Source: Klebsormidium nitens
Lineage: Eukaryota; Plantae; Klebsormidiophyceae
DNA length: 64,000 bases
Direction: 5' to 3'
Assembly (NCBI GenBank): GCA_000708835.1
Contig: DF237191.1
Coordinates: forward strand, 1-64,000
A model generated the notes under the pieces. It was not told where the DNA came from. It did not search any database and saw only the letters and a program-made list of their open reading frames with translations. Shown in pieces: positions 32,405 through 44,400 of the stretch (the stretch's first letter is position 1; every line of letters begins with the position of its first letter). Position numbers and translations under genes: made by a program.

Positions 32405-35400
32405 ATGGGGTGCTGCGCTTCGTCACCCGCTGCTTTGGAAGGGGCGAAAGATCCAGCTCATACAAGGGCGAAGCCCCCTGACAAGGAGCTACAGGTGCTC
32501 AAGATCAAGAAGGAAGATGCAAAGAGGCGGGAGCAGCATTGGAAGGTGACAGGGATTGTGGGCCTGCGAAGTAACAATCTGAAGGTGAGCAACTCAGCCT
32601 GCATCTTCATGGCATTGCAGAGCTCCAGACAGTGTCCTACTAGCCAGTTGTTGTGTTGCGTCCACTTGCAGATCTTAAAATGCCCTTTGAGTTACATACG
32701 TACACTCTTGAATGTCTTTACATGGAAGCATGGAGTTTTGGAAGATGGCAACATATATTGAAAAGGTTATGAGTTTGTTCCTGGACTAGGTCTAGCTTAG
32801 CAGCTATGGTTCAAGGGAGAAAAGGCTGGGGGATATGCTGCTCCCATAGAACTAGGATATGCTGCTGTTGAATCGAAAACATAACATGGACAAGCATGGG
32901 CGGAATAGTGGTCCTGGCTGAGGGCAACATTTCTCAAGAGCAGTTGAGTTGTCAGCACTCACTGCTTCTGGCTGCCAGCTCCTTTGTGCATTGACCTACC
33001 ACCTTCAATCCCTAAATTACTTCATAGCTACCGCAACACGGCTGCGGCAGAACAGATATGACATCCAGTTTCTCTGAACCCTGATCTGCTGTTCTTTCAT
33101 ATTGAAATGATGACTCATTGCAGGCTACCGCAAGTTCGATACCATGTACGGATCTTGGGTATCTTAGCCGCAGCATTGCACATGAGAGATATTAGGACCA
33201 AGAAGTTGTACATCTAAAGCTCGTAATTTTACTTGCAGGCAAACAATCTTTTGAATGAGACCACCTTAGCTTCATGATCAGTGCAGTCCACACTTGGTTG
33301 AAGAAACATAATCTTGAGTGGTTACTCGATTAGACATCGGCCAGACACCGACTCCTCACTGTGCTGGCTGCATGAGATGGCCACCCCCTTGCTGACTTCG
33401 CCCTACATGGAGAGATGCCCTCAAATACTTTCAATCAAAGGTTCGCTATTCCAACTGGAAGAATGACAATCCTGTACAAGGACACTTGAGTAGTCACCAA
33501 GTAAAAGCGGTTCACATCGGTTTCTTCTGGTGCTTGCAGGCTCTCCCGAAGGCAGTCCTGGACCTCGGGCCACATGTTCGAACGCTGGATGCATCTGACA
33601 ACAAGATTGGTGAGCGCAGATGAGAGAAGCCGAACAAGTCCTCGTTGACCTTGCCCGAGTGTTGTCTCCCCATTGATTGGCTGTAAGGCCTGTCAGATGT
33701 GTTAGATACACATATGGGCAAAACTGTGATGGATGAAAAGTCTACTCAAACCAAAGATCTCTTCTTCCATTGCAGTTGTAACTTTGAGGAAGTTTTATGC
33801 AACATGATTGTCCTTATTGACTGCAGGCAAGCTGCCCCCAACCATTGGGATGCTTACCCAATTGACCCGTTTGGTAAGGACACTGGCGATTCTTTCCTTG
33901 CTGATCTCAACATCAGTAAATGTTTCGAAGCAGGTGATTTGGTCAACCAAACAGAAAGGAGTGGCCAGAAATCGAGATGTATCCGATAAATGTATCTTGA
34001 GGCGAATCTTCTTTGCCTTACTTCCTACATTGACCAACCCGCTTGGCCTGCTCCTCTGTTGATCGTGTCAACCTGTCAAGAATCATTAACAGAAGGACTT
34101 CTCTTTCCCGTCAGGTTAATTTTGTTGTCAATCGCATTGGCTGCTCCTTCTTTCCGCAAGGTTCTTGCACTACTCAATGCAAAAAAATAGTCCCACACGG
34201 TACATGAGCAGCAGCCAAACCAATCACACACAATTCGAGACTCAGAAAGCTAGTTGAACGGAGTTCAAAACGCTGCAATGAAGGAGATCTAAAGTCTCGA
34301 ATCCACCCCGTCTGTAGATTCTGCAGCAGAATCAGCTCACTGTTCTCCCGCCGGAGATTGGCCAGCTCGTGCAGCTTCGAGTGCTTCAAGTCGACAGGAA
34401 CCAGCTCAGCGCTCTGCCAGATGAAGGTCGGTTGGGGTGCGGAGTGTCGATTTTTGTTTGAACACGCATTCCGCATATCTGCAACGTGTCTGATTCTCAG
34501 CCACTCTAGGACGTATGCCCGGATGCTCATTTGACAATCTGGGAAAGTTCTCAAACGTTGGCGGTCCGCTTATTGAATCATCTTTAGCCGTTCGAGTTGA
34601 TTACACGAAGTCGAAGCGCATAATAACAGGTTTTCGTTTTCCTGAGTCAGTGGAGACTGAACGAACCGAGTCGCTTCTATCTTCAAGAAAGGCCATACGG
34701 TTGAAATAGCGGAGTAATCATATTACACATCTTGGCAGGAATACACGGTTGGGAAAAGGAAGACAGCGAAGAAGAGCGGAACCAGAGGCCAAAACCTTTG
34801 CGTTTGTCGATCCAATGTCCTTTGCGGTGCAGTTGGGCTGCTACAAAAGCTCGAAAAGCTGACGGCTGCTGGGAACAAGATGACGTCACTTCCAGTGGCT
34901 GTCGGCCAGCTGAAGGCGGTACGTCGACTTGTATCTTGCTTGGCAGACCGTTTCAGCAATCCTCAGAACAATTTCAAAATTGGAATAAGGACTCGGATAC
35001 CGCTATGACAGGGACTGGAGGCGGGTGTTAGCTGCTGCTCAATTACGTAACCTCGAGTCTTCAGCTTCTGACACTCTTTGCGCTTTCTGCATACGCTCTC
35101 AAACTAGTCCTCGAACTCTAGCATCGGAATGTTAATTTTCTGAGGCAGGTCCTTGGTTCTGTAGCATTGATCTGCCGGTCCTCTTTCCGGATAGCCGTTC
35201 ATCTGTCGGGCGAAGACCCACTTACTCGCTAACGGTACAGTGCAACCAAATCGCATTTTTTTGCAGCTAGTTGAGCTTGACGTCAGCAAGAACAGGCTGA
35301 CCTCGCTCCCGCCCTCACTCAGCGGGTGCGCATCATTACAGGAACTCAGGGCTCCAGGTTAGTCCTGAAGCAATCCAAAACATGTCTCGCGAGTCTCTCA

Positions 35401-37230
35401 GCGGTGTTCTTAAGGATCTGATTGCTTCGATGGATATTCGATTGAGCGACAACAGTAGCTTCTTTTCCGTCTTCATGTCCCGAGGTCTTCGACTGCCTTG
35501 CTGACTTTCAAGCTCCTCCTTTTCACCAGATGATTCCTGAGCAACCGCCGTGCACAATCTGCCAATCGCATGAGATCCAGTTACCAACCTCTATGTTGTC
35601 CTCTAGCTTTACTTGTAGCATCCTTGCACATTTGTCTCTAAGAATACGGCTTCTGACCTCGCTCGTTGATTTTGTTATAACCGCAGCAAATGAGTTGAGC
35701 GCCCTTCCGGACGAGTTGTCAGACGCCACCGAGCTGCGGACGTTAGACCTGGACGGCAACCCCCTCTCGAAAGTGAGTCACAAGCGGCCCTCTAAGTCAG
35801 ATGGTAGCAACTTTTGCGCTGCTTTCAGAAACACAACCGTTAACTTTTACATTCCAGAAATTGCGACATCGTTTAAGAAGCGGAAGCTTGATCAACGAGG
35901 CTGCTGGAAAATGTTTCCTTGACAAGACTCATCATTTTTACCAGCTTTTTGCCGGTACCGTACGAGAAGGATTTGCGAGTCTTTTGTACGAGCCCCAATC
36001 ACTTGGAAAGTCTAGGTTGTGATCGGTTGGTCGCCGCCTCGCAAAACAGCCGAGCAGGCACACACTATATGAGCTTCGGGCTGGATCGGCACTCAAACGT
36101 TTCCGTGTTCAGAGTGCGAAGCTCTGAGGCTGTCTGTGCCGTACTCTGTGTTGTCAAAGTGACACTTGAAAGACGTGCTAAGCCAAACTGGTGAAAACTC
36201 GGTCGTTGAATGCCTGTTATTCCAGGTCTATTTCGTCTGCTTGACGTACATCTTGCTCGGTCGTTTAACTAGTCGGGTGGCTGGACCAGCTTTGTTGCTA
36301 ACAGAACCTGATTCGACAGAATTTGTCAGTTTTTGGACAAAACCCAAAGGAGTTGACATCCCCCTCGTTCGTCTTTCCCACAGTTGCCGTCCGACTTACT
36401 AAGAGGGTGTGGAAAGCTGCACACGTTATCGGCCCACGGGACTTCCATCCGAGTGGAAGACTTGGAAAAGGTGGGTGCACGCGTGGCTCCACTCCTCTTG
36501 TCCTCTCTAAAGTATACAGGATCATTCCTGTCAAAAGTACCGGACTACCCATTGATTTGCATAATGATTAGATATGCATGACGCGGTTACTTCGATAATC
36601 AGGGGCTATCATCTGCTGACCAGGGGATGCAAAGGTTTGTAAGCTCCAACCGTCACCTTCTTCTCTTCCATCTTTCCGCAGGGCGTCGTCTGGATTCGGT
36701 CAAGTCTCACGTTTTGCACACTTGTCATCATCTACGAATTCGCGAATGCTTCACGTGCATTCGAATGGCTTTTGACTGGTCGCTGGTGTAAGATTTGCAG
36801 ACTGATTGCGAATTTCCTGCTTTGTTCCCCCATTCACAGGACTTTACACGCTCGTCTAAATGAATTGGGGCGCTGCGACTAGAACTTCGTCCTCCAGGTG
36901 GTCGTTCAGCAGATGCGCTAACCTTTTCACTCTTTTAACCAGGAAAGCGCAGAAGCTGAGTTTGAAAAGGACAAACAAAAACCGTACGCTGCGGAGACAC
37001 CAACAAGTACCTAGGCCGAGATACTAGAAGGGACTGCTGCTGCCGCGTCTCCTTTCTAATTTTCCTTAATGAATTGCACTCGCTTTTCGCAGCTGGAAGG
37101 CTATGCAGCTTTCGAGGCCCGACGACAGGGTAAATATACAAAGCAGCTGGCGGGGAATGCAATGGGAAGTAAGAGAGGTTTCGATGAAGGAGTGGACCGG
37201 GACTTGTACAAGTTTCCTGGGTCGCGGTAG
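32405..37230 (+). CDS. Intracellular leucine-rich-repeat protein, LRRC57/plant IRL7-like, N-terminal MGCC lipidation motif, 297 aa, 9 exons
   Basis: Exons: 32405-32584, 33540-33609, 33827-33873, 34318-34426, 34833-34918, 35267-35357, 35687-35772, 36384-36470, 37093-37230 (TAG); total 894 nt. N-terminal WKVTGIVGLRSNNLK, about 7 LxxLxLxxNxLxxLP repeats, and C-terminal LEGYAAFEARRQGKYTKQ...GFDEGVD, which match my recollection of this family. Confidence 0.87.
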
Positions 37231-38413
37231 TTTGTGTTAGCACTGATTTATCAGGACATAGATTCGTTAAAAAGGGCTCCGAGATAATTCTGCTGTACAG
37301 GTTCATTTCCAAGAGTTGATTGTCGGGTTATAAAGTGTCCCGTTGCGAAGCAACCAGTCGCGTTTGCTTATGTTTGTTAGAGTGCAGTGCTGAACCCCTC
37401 CAAGTAGGTTGTCAAAGAGAAAACTGTGTCAAATAGCTAGCAGTATGGTCAGCAGATGTGAAGATCTCCATCTGAACATTCCAAGCCTTGGGTTGATCGT
37501 TCAAATGAAACCAATGCAGTACAGTGGAATAAGACGCACGGCGATATGCTGCATTCCTCCTCAAACTGCATGTAGCGGATGCGCACGATCTTCTTAGGGC
37601 ATGGACGGTCCGGTTCAGTGGCACTCCTCTGGCACCAAACCATCAACTGAACGATATTGTAGCAGATGCGAGAATGTAGCTTTGGCCGCGCCTGGAATGT
37701 GCAATTGGACGCATACGTTGCAAGGTGCCGGCCGCGCAGAATTGCGTCTATATGCGAAAGCTTGCCAGCGCGGGATCGCCCAGGCTTTGTAGCGACGAGA
37801 AATGCAACCTGCAACAGCGTAAGTTATGCGGTGTCGTACGTTCAATCGCAACAATGTAAATCACACGGGTTAACAAATAAGAGCCGCCGAGCACGGATCC
37901 TTGCTCTTTGCAGCTTAAATCAAATACGAGTCCAGTGAGTCGATACTCGATACATAAGGCCTTTGAAACACTCTGTACTCCGGTAGGTTATAAAATCGTC
38001 AAACCAATGAAAATGTTCGTGCTGTCTGAACTAGTATCTATGCGTGGGCCGTAAATATCCGTGTAGCGCCTTTGTTTGAGCTCCGATCCCTAGGTAAAAG
38101 TCTGTTCTTCTTGCATTAGAGCTGTCAAACTCAGTCCACTATTTGTATGCATGTGGCGTGGCTTGTTTGCACCAGGCAACTAGATTCGTTGCAAGCGAGG
38201 TGGCGCTATACGGTTTGCAAGCAGCTCGCATGCGTGGACCACAATGAAAACACACATTTTAACGGGCTAAACCCGTTCTCGTGTCAACCCTTAGTAGCTT
38301 GCGGCTTCTAGATCCTATTTACCAACTCGTCAATGCTGCTTTTGGCGGGCATGATCATCAGCGGCCTTTCGGTGCGCGCGAGCGCTAGATACCAGATCAT
38401 CTCGACCGTTCGA

Positions 38414-41400
38414 TTAAGCGATGTTGTCTTCCTCCGCGTTGCCAGCCTCCTCGACCGTCAGATACCGCATTCTGCCCAACGCCTCCGCGAGCTCCGGGTT
38501 GCTTTTCTTCTGCTGCATAGGAGCCAAATAATACGATTAGGGGAGATTGATGACATCCACGACCTGTCCCAGTCTTCGGTGCGGCTCGTGCCTCACCACA
38601 AGCAGCACCTTCAAACCAAGACAAGGAGTCCTTGCCTTCTTCCTGTATCTTACGAGTGCAGGACGGAAGATAGCTACATCCTATCATGGAGGCCAATCTC
38701 ATAAAAGCAGCCAGTGAGATGGGGAAAGAGCAGAACGAGCAAGCAAAAACCTCTCCTGCGATTCTTCGCCGAAGTGGACTCCTGTAAATCATAACCCTTT
38801 AACGTCAAAGGATAAGCGGATCGGCAGACAACGTCTTCAAACTCGATTCGAAGGGATGCCCAGGTGTTCGCGATACGAGCTCACCTTATGAGGTACGGCC
38901 TCCCCATAGTACTCTTTCTTCGAGAGCGACTCCTTCCTTGCTGAAGCGACCGTTTTTTGCGAGCTCAGCTCGAGCACGTGTGCGCGCGCGGCCTCCCCCG
39001 CGGCAGCGTCTGGCGAGATGGGCGAGGTTTTGAGGAGGTCCTCGGGCGCGGCCGCGGCCGCGACCTTGAACTCCTTGACCTGCTTTTCAATCGCCAGCTG
39101 CGCAAGCCGCTCTCTTTCCTGGGGTGTAAAGAGGGCGCGGGGAAACGTCAGCCCGTAAATGGCTTCCTTCTGTCGGATAGGATTGGAGGATGAGAGTTCT
39201 GAACGGATAAATCTATATCACGAGCAGCTCTAATCGTAGAGTACTGAGTGTCCGAACAGACGGCGTCGTACCAGACAAAGCGGTCTGTGCGGGCCAACGG
39301 AATTTAGAAAATCTGGTCCGAACTGGGCAGGTGAATGCTGGGAAGGATCAAAAAGCTTGTCATTGAGACATCGTTGAAAGCTGAACTCTTTTCTTCTCAT
39401 TCAAACCCATTCAGTCGACTTCTGTGGTGTTCTCTCCCTTGTTGCTGTCCTTTATTACCATCACAGAAGGGAGAACACAGAGCGGACGAGCCTCTATTCT
39501 AACACTTGGAGGGCGAAGCTCAAACACCTTAGTGAACCTACGGCACCATTTTGTCAGCCTCAAGTCAGTAGAAGAGTCAAAAAGAAGTCCAACAGCTGTC
39601 CCCACCTTGGCTTGCCGTGCGGCCGCCTCCTCGCGCTGCTGCTGCTCCTGCTGCACGGCCTCGACGGTCGCCTCGCGGAACGCCGCGCCCCAGCGCGCGC
39701 GCTCGCGCTCCGACGGCGCGCGCAGAAGAATCTCGTCCTCCTGACACGCAAAAGCCAGAATATATTGAGAAGCTATCGAGTACAGTTTGAGCGATGGACT
39801 CGGATAAATCTTGACAGAAAAGGTGAAGTAAGTCAACAACAAAGCTTTGTTGCCAATTGTGACGTCGTATAACAGTTGAACTTAGAAGGGCCGCTTCGGA
39901 AACCAGCGCGGACGATTTGGACCTTGGATGCCCACCTGTGGACGTCCAATTCGATTCGTCTGGTTGCTTGATTCACAGCCCAGCAAGATAAGCATACAGA
40001 ACATATCTGTAACACCAAGCAATCATCTGGGGTACTTGAACAGTCGTTTCTTACGCGAAAAGAGGTGCTCTATGTCCCGCTTCTTTCCCCTCAGGGGGCG
40101 CACGGTAGGGTTCTCAAGCTGACTCGGCGTGGATGTCGAGCAAAACGCGCGCACTTTTCAAGTCCTTCGATTCCTCAAATTGAATCCGGATCACGAGATC
40201 GGATACTCGACCGAAGTAGACACTTACTTCATCTTTCATAACATCTCTCATTTCCGCGCCTTACTAATCCGATTCCAAACCTGGTTGAACGGAAAGTGGA
40301 CCGCACCTTCTTTCCCTGGTGCGTGTAGCACGCCAGCTGCAGCGTCACCCCGTCGCTATGCGCGCGCACCGTCGCCATGCTGATGTGGAGGCTGACGTCA
40401 GCGTCGCGCGAGGTGGGCTGCTCGGAGGCGTCCACGTGGAAGAAGTGGAGGTTGCCCGCTGACGTCAGCACGGCGTGGCTGGGTACCCACTTCCCATTCC
40501 AGCCGATTTTGCGCTTGAGAGGGCCTTGGAAGCGCGCGCGCGCGCTCTGGAATGGGTCTAGGGCGGTAGCCTCAAGAATCTACATGACAAGCGAAGCTAA
40601 TTCAATCCATCTCTTCAAGCTTTGCTTTAGAGGATGTTTTCAAGCTGTTAATAGCAATGTGCGCGCAACGTTTGAGTCATGATGCTCTACAGACTTTCCG
40701 CGAGGCTAGACGTTACTCGCTAGTCCCAGACTCCTTTGCTAGGATATCTTGTGCTAAGCTCGATAGACTTTGCGTGGGACGCGGTAACGTGCTTACCTCT
40801 TTCTTCTCGGTATAAGCCGACTCAAACGCAGCCCACGTCTCCTGCAGGCGCGCCTCCCCCGCGCGCTTCGCGCTCAGGGCGTCGCTCGCGGCACGCAGCG
40901 TCTCCAGCGCGCGCAGAGGTCCATCCCAGGCCTTCGTATGAGCCCACGGCCTGTATCACATCAGAAGTTTAGCAGTCAATCTCTGAAGGCTCTGGAAACA
41001 AAGGAAGCAACTTGCTTACTTATGGATGGGATTGGTTATCGAGTACCCGGGCAGTTGCAAAGGTCTTCGTCTCGTCCTGATGCTCTTCTGCTACTTCTTC
41101 TGGTTTTTGTGATGCAACCTTAGGTCTACTCCGACACCGCTGATCTTATCTGTATTGCAGGCATGAGTGACTTGAGTGCAGACTTTCACATTACGACTAC
41201 AGTAGGAAGCCAACGGATGCTCGCGGTTTTGCAGACCTTCACAACTGCTCTTACATGGTACAACTTGGGCCATGATGGTTCACCCGAGATTCTTCCAACT
41301 CTAATTCGTCAAATCCAACCAAAGAAAAGACGAACTGGGCAATATTTTACCGAACAACCCTCGTAATTCTAGCCTCACCCATACGTCAGCAGCGCCTCCT

Positions 41401-44400
41401 TGATGGCGTCAATCCTGTCCGCCTCAGTCGCGCGCAGGCTCTTGGCATTGCTCGCCACCATAAGCGCCGCCTCTGTGCGGGCAGCCTGAAATAGCGCATG
41501 ATTACTTCGTTAAAAATCTACAATTGGTACTCTTTCTTTTTTCAGTGCTCTTGGAGTCAAACAGATCAGCCTACATCTTGTGCTACTGCTGATTCAGCGG
41601 CACATCAGGCAAAAGAACTTCCACCTGTCCCCTTTCTCCTCCTTGCTTATCCACGAATGTTTTGAGATCGTTCGGCATGCACAACGGTAGCGTTATTTGA
41701 AGCGATTCAAAGCGGCGGAAGGGCTAGCGGATCTCGCGGAAGTGGGACTCACCTGTACAGGCGGTATTCTCTCTTGGAGGGCCTTTCCGGCAAGCCAGGG
41801 GTCGTCCTTCTGCAACTCGTTGCCGCCAAACGCGGGGCTGGCTTCGGGGGTCTCCAAAAGGGAGCACGCCTGTATGAAAATAGAAGTGAGTCAGAAGGCT
41901 CTGTATTCACGGTTCTTAGACAAAAGGGCTGCGAGGCTTGGTTATACACGGCGCGACAGACTTACGAGTGATCCGTTCACGAGAATTGGAGAGCCGTGAA
42001 TGGTTTTTTAGGCAATTATAGGACGCTTTGAGTTTGGGATTGGTATCGCAAAGATGTGTCTCCGAGCATGTGTGTCATCAGTAGAATCTGTGCAGGGCTT
42101 CCAAAACCTTTAGAAAAGCAAAAGTTGAAAGGTTGACTATAGGCCTGAACTGCCCTTTGTACCGCGAAGCTGCACGTCGATTGAGCGAATCGTTGGACGC
42201 CGTTGATGGGATTGAGGGACAGTCAAGCCACTTGAATTCAAGTGGGTTTCATTCGAGAGGGCGTCTTCCAATAATTTCTTTATCAGAGTAATCGACTGAT
42301 GATGCACCCACCCGTTCGTGGGCTTCGAATGCTCTTGCCAGAGCCTCCCACTGCTTACGGATGGCCGGCTCTCCGCGTGACGTCGACTCCCACGTCAGCC
42401 GCTTCTCTTCGGCAACAAGGGCTTTCTGCAATGAGAATCGATAAGAATTAGCAGAGAGGAGCAGATTGCAGCTGTTGAACCCAGATTTACAAGTACCTGT
42501 GAAGCTCAGGCTCCACAAGCGTCCGGTTGATATGCAGGGTGAAGAAAACCTCAAAGCAGAAATAGAGCTGCACATCTGCCCGAAGGGAGTACCACGTCTT
42601 CAACGTCTGAGGTCATCCGTGTGACTTACTTTCGACGAAATTATCTCAGAAATGTTTTGATGGAGGCGTAAGGTACGCTCTAGCTTTCAGGATTTAAGGT
42701 CCACAAAGAATCGGGGCACAAAATAAAGAGACTGTCCCTCACCATCATCTCAACGATCTTGTCGAACGCAGGTTTCGCAGCCTCGTTCGCTTCGTCCGCT
42801 GAAACCGCGACTGAGGATGCGAGGCCACGTGCCGCGTCACAAGCGGCCGTGACGTCACTGCAGACGAGTGCCAGGGGATCAGCGAGGTTCTTTAAAGCGA
42901 ATAGTGCCTGGAAACGTCGTTTTAACCTGACCGTCGACTCCAGTCTTTACTGACTCTTCCGGTCGGAAAATCAAAAAACGGATGCGAAAACTCCCTGATG
43001 AGGATTCTCTTTGAGAAAATAAATGACGGACGGGACATTGGGGCTGACGAGAACGGCAGAGCACGACCAAAGGATTCGGATTTTGGAAAAAGGAACGGCC
43101 TAAGTTCTCTGCGTGGTCATATGAAGCCTGCGCTTCCAACGTCTATTTTTCGATTCTATCGAAACCATCTTAAGCTCACCAAAACCTGTTTGACCCTGAA
43201 AATCTTAGGTCGTGAAGGGAGCTACCTGTCGCGTGAGTGTGGTGAGGACGCCGGAACGTTGGAGCTCGCGAGCGCGGCGTACGCTTGCGCGCGCGCGGCG
43301 TCGGCCTTGAGCGCGCCCTGCAGCAACTCGGACAGCTCCTGGCAAGTGGACTGGGCCACGTGGAAACGGCGCAAAAGCCGCTCTGTCGCCACGCTGACGT
43401 CGGACAGCTCAGCGCTGACGTTCTTCTTCAACTGAGAGGGAAGCGATGGATGGAATGTGAGCATGAGCAAGGAAATAATTGTGGACTGGACCTAAGGACG
43501 ACAACGGACGAAATGGGTAGGCCTTTTCTGTGGTCTTAACAGTGAAGGCAAGAATGAGGATGGGCAAATTACTGTAACCGATCTTCGGATTCGTTAGCTG
43601 ACTCGCACTGGCGGGCCGATCCATTGGGAAAACATACATTCTTACAATTCGAATCGAGGTCCTGAAGCGAACAACCAAAAGAAAAACAGAGTCGATATTA
43701 CGGGATTGAAAGATTTGTTGTTGAAGGTACAGTCAGATGTTGCTCTAAGAAAAGGGCCAAAACAGGCTGAAGCTGGTGAATGCAGATCAGCAGCAAGACC
43801 TGCGCAATGCTCACCTCTTCTAGTTCCTTCGTCGCGCGCGCGCGCTCACGCCTGTGCTCGATGACCGTCCTCTTCTTGCGGAGCGCCAGCTCGGCCTTCT
43901 TCGCCTCGAGCGACGCGCCGCTGCGCGCGGCCGCGACCGCAGCCACTGCAGCGCGCGCGCGCGCGCCCTCCGGCGCCTCTGCGATGAGCGACGCGCCCTC
44001 GTCGATCTCCGCATCCTCCTGCTCGACGATCAACTCCCACTTGCCTTTGGTCTTCTTGGAACTTTCTCCCGATCCTCGTGCTTGAGTATCCTTCCGTTCC
44101 GCTCCGCTTCGTTCCGCTCCCTTTCCGTTCATGACGTTCTTGAACTTCCGCGCCAGGCCAGACAGCCCACCGGTCTCTTTCTCGCCCTCCGCCGGCTTAG
44201 CCGGGCCTTCCCGCAACGCCACGTCTTCAAACTTGGGCTCCTCAAAGATTGCCACGTCACCCTCCCCAGCCCCTCCGCCTGGAGTGACATCAGCAAACGT
44301 TACCCGCTTCTCTTTGCTGCTCCGCCGCCTCCCCTCTTCTAGTTGCACGTCCCAAAATCCGCCGTCGCTCGACTCCGTCGAGGACGACCCGGAATTCCGC

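Noticed and set aside
35560-35605. Possible echo of LRR exon 7 (SHEIQLPTSMLS versus ANELSALPDELS)
   Set aside because: Nucleotide similarity is too weak to separate from chance by eye.
40281-40306. Plus-strand WLNGKW resembling the minus-strand exon GWNGKW (inverted copy)
   Set aside because: Only about 11/16 nt match; compatible with chance.
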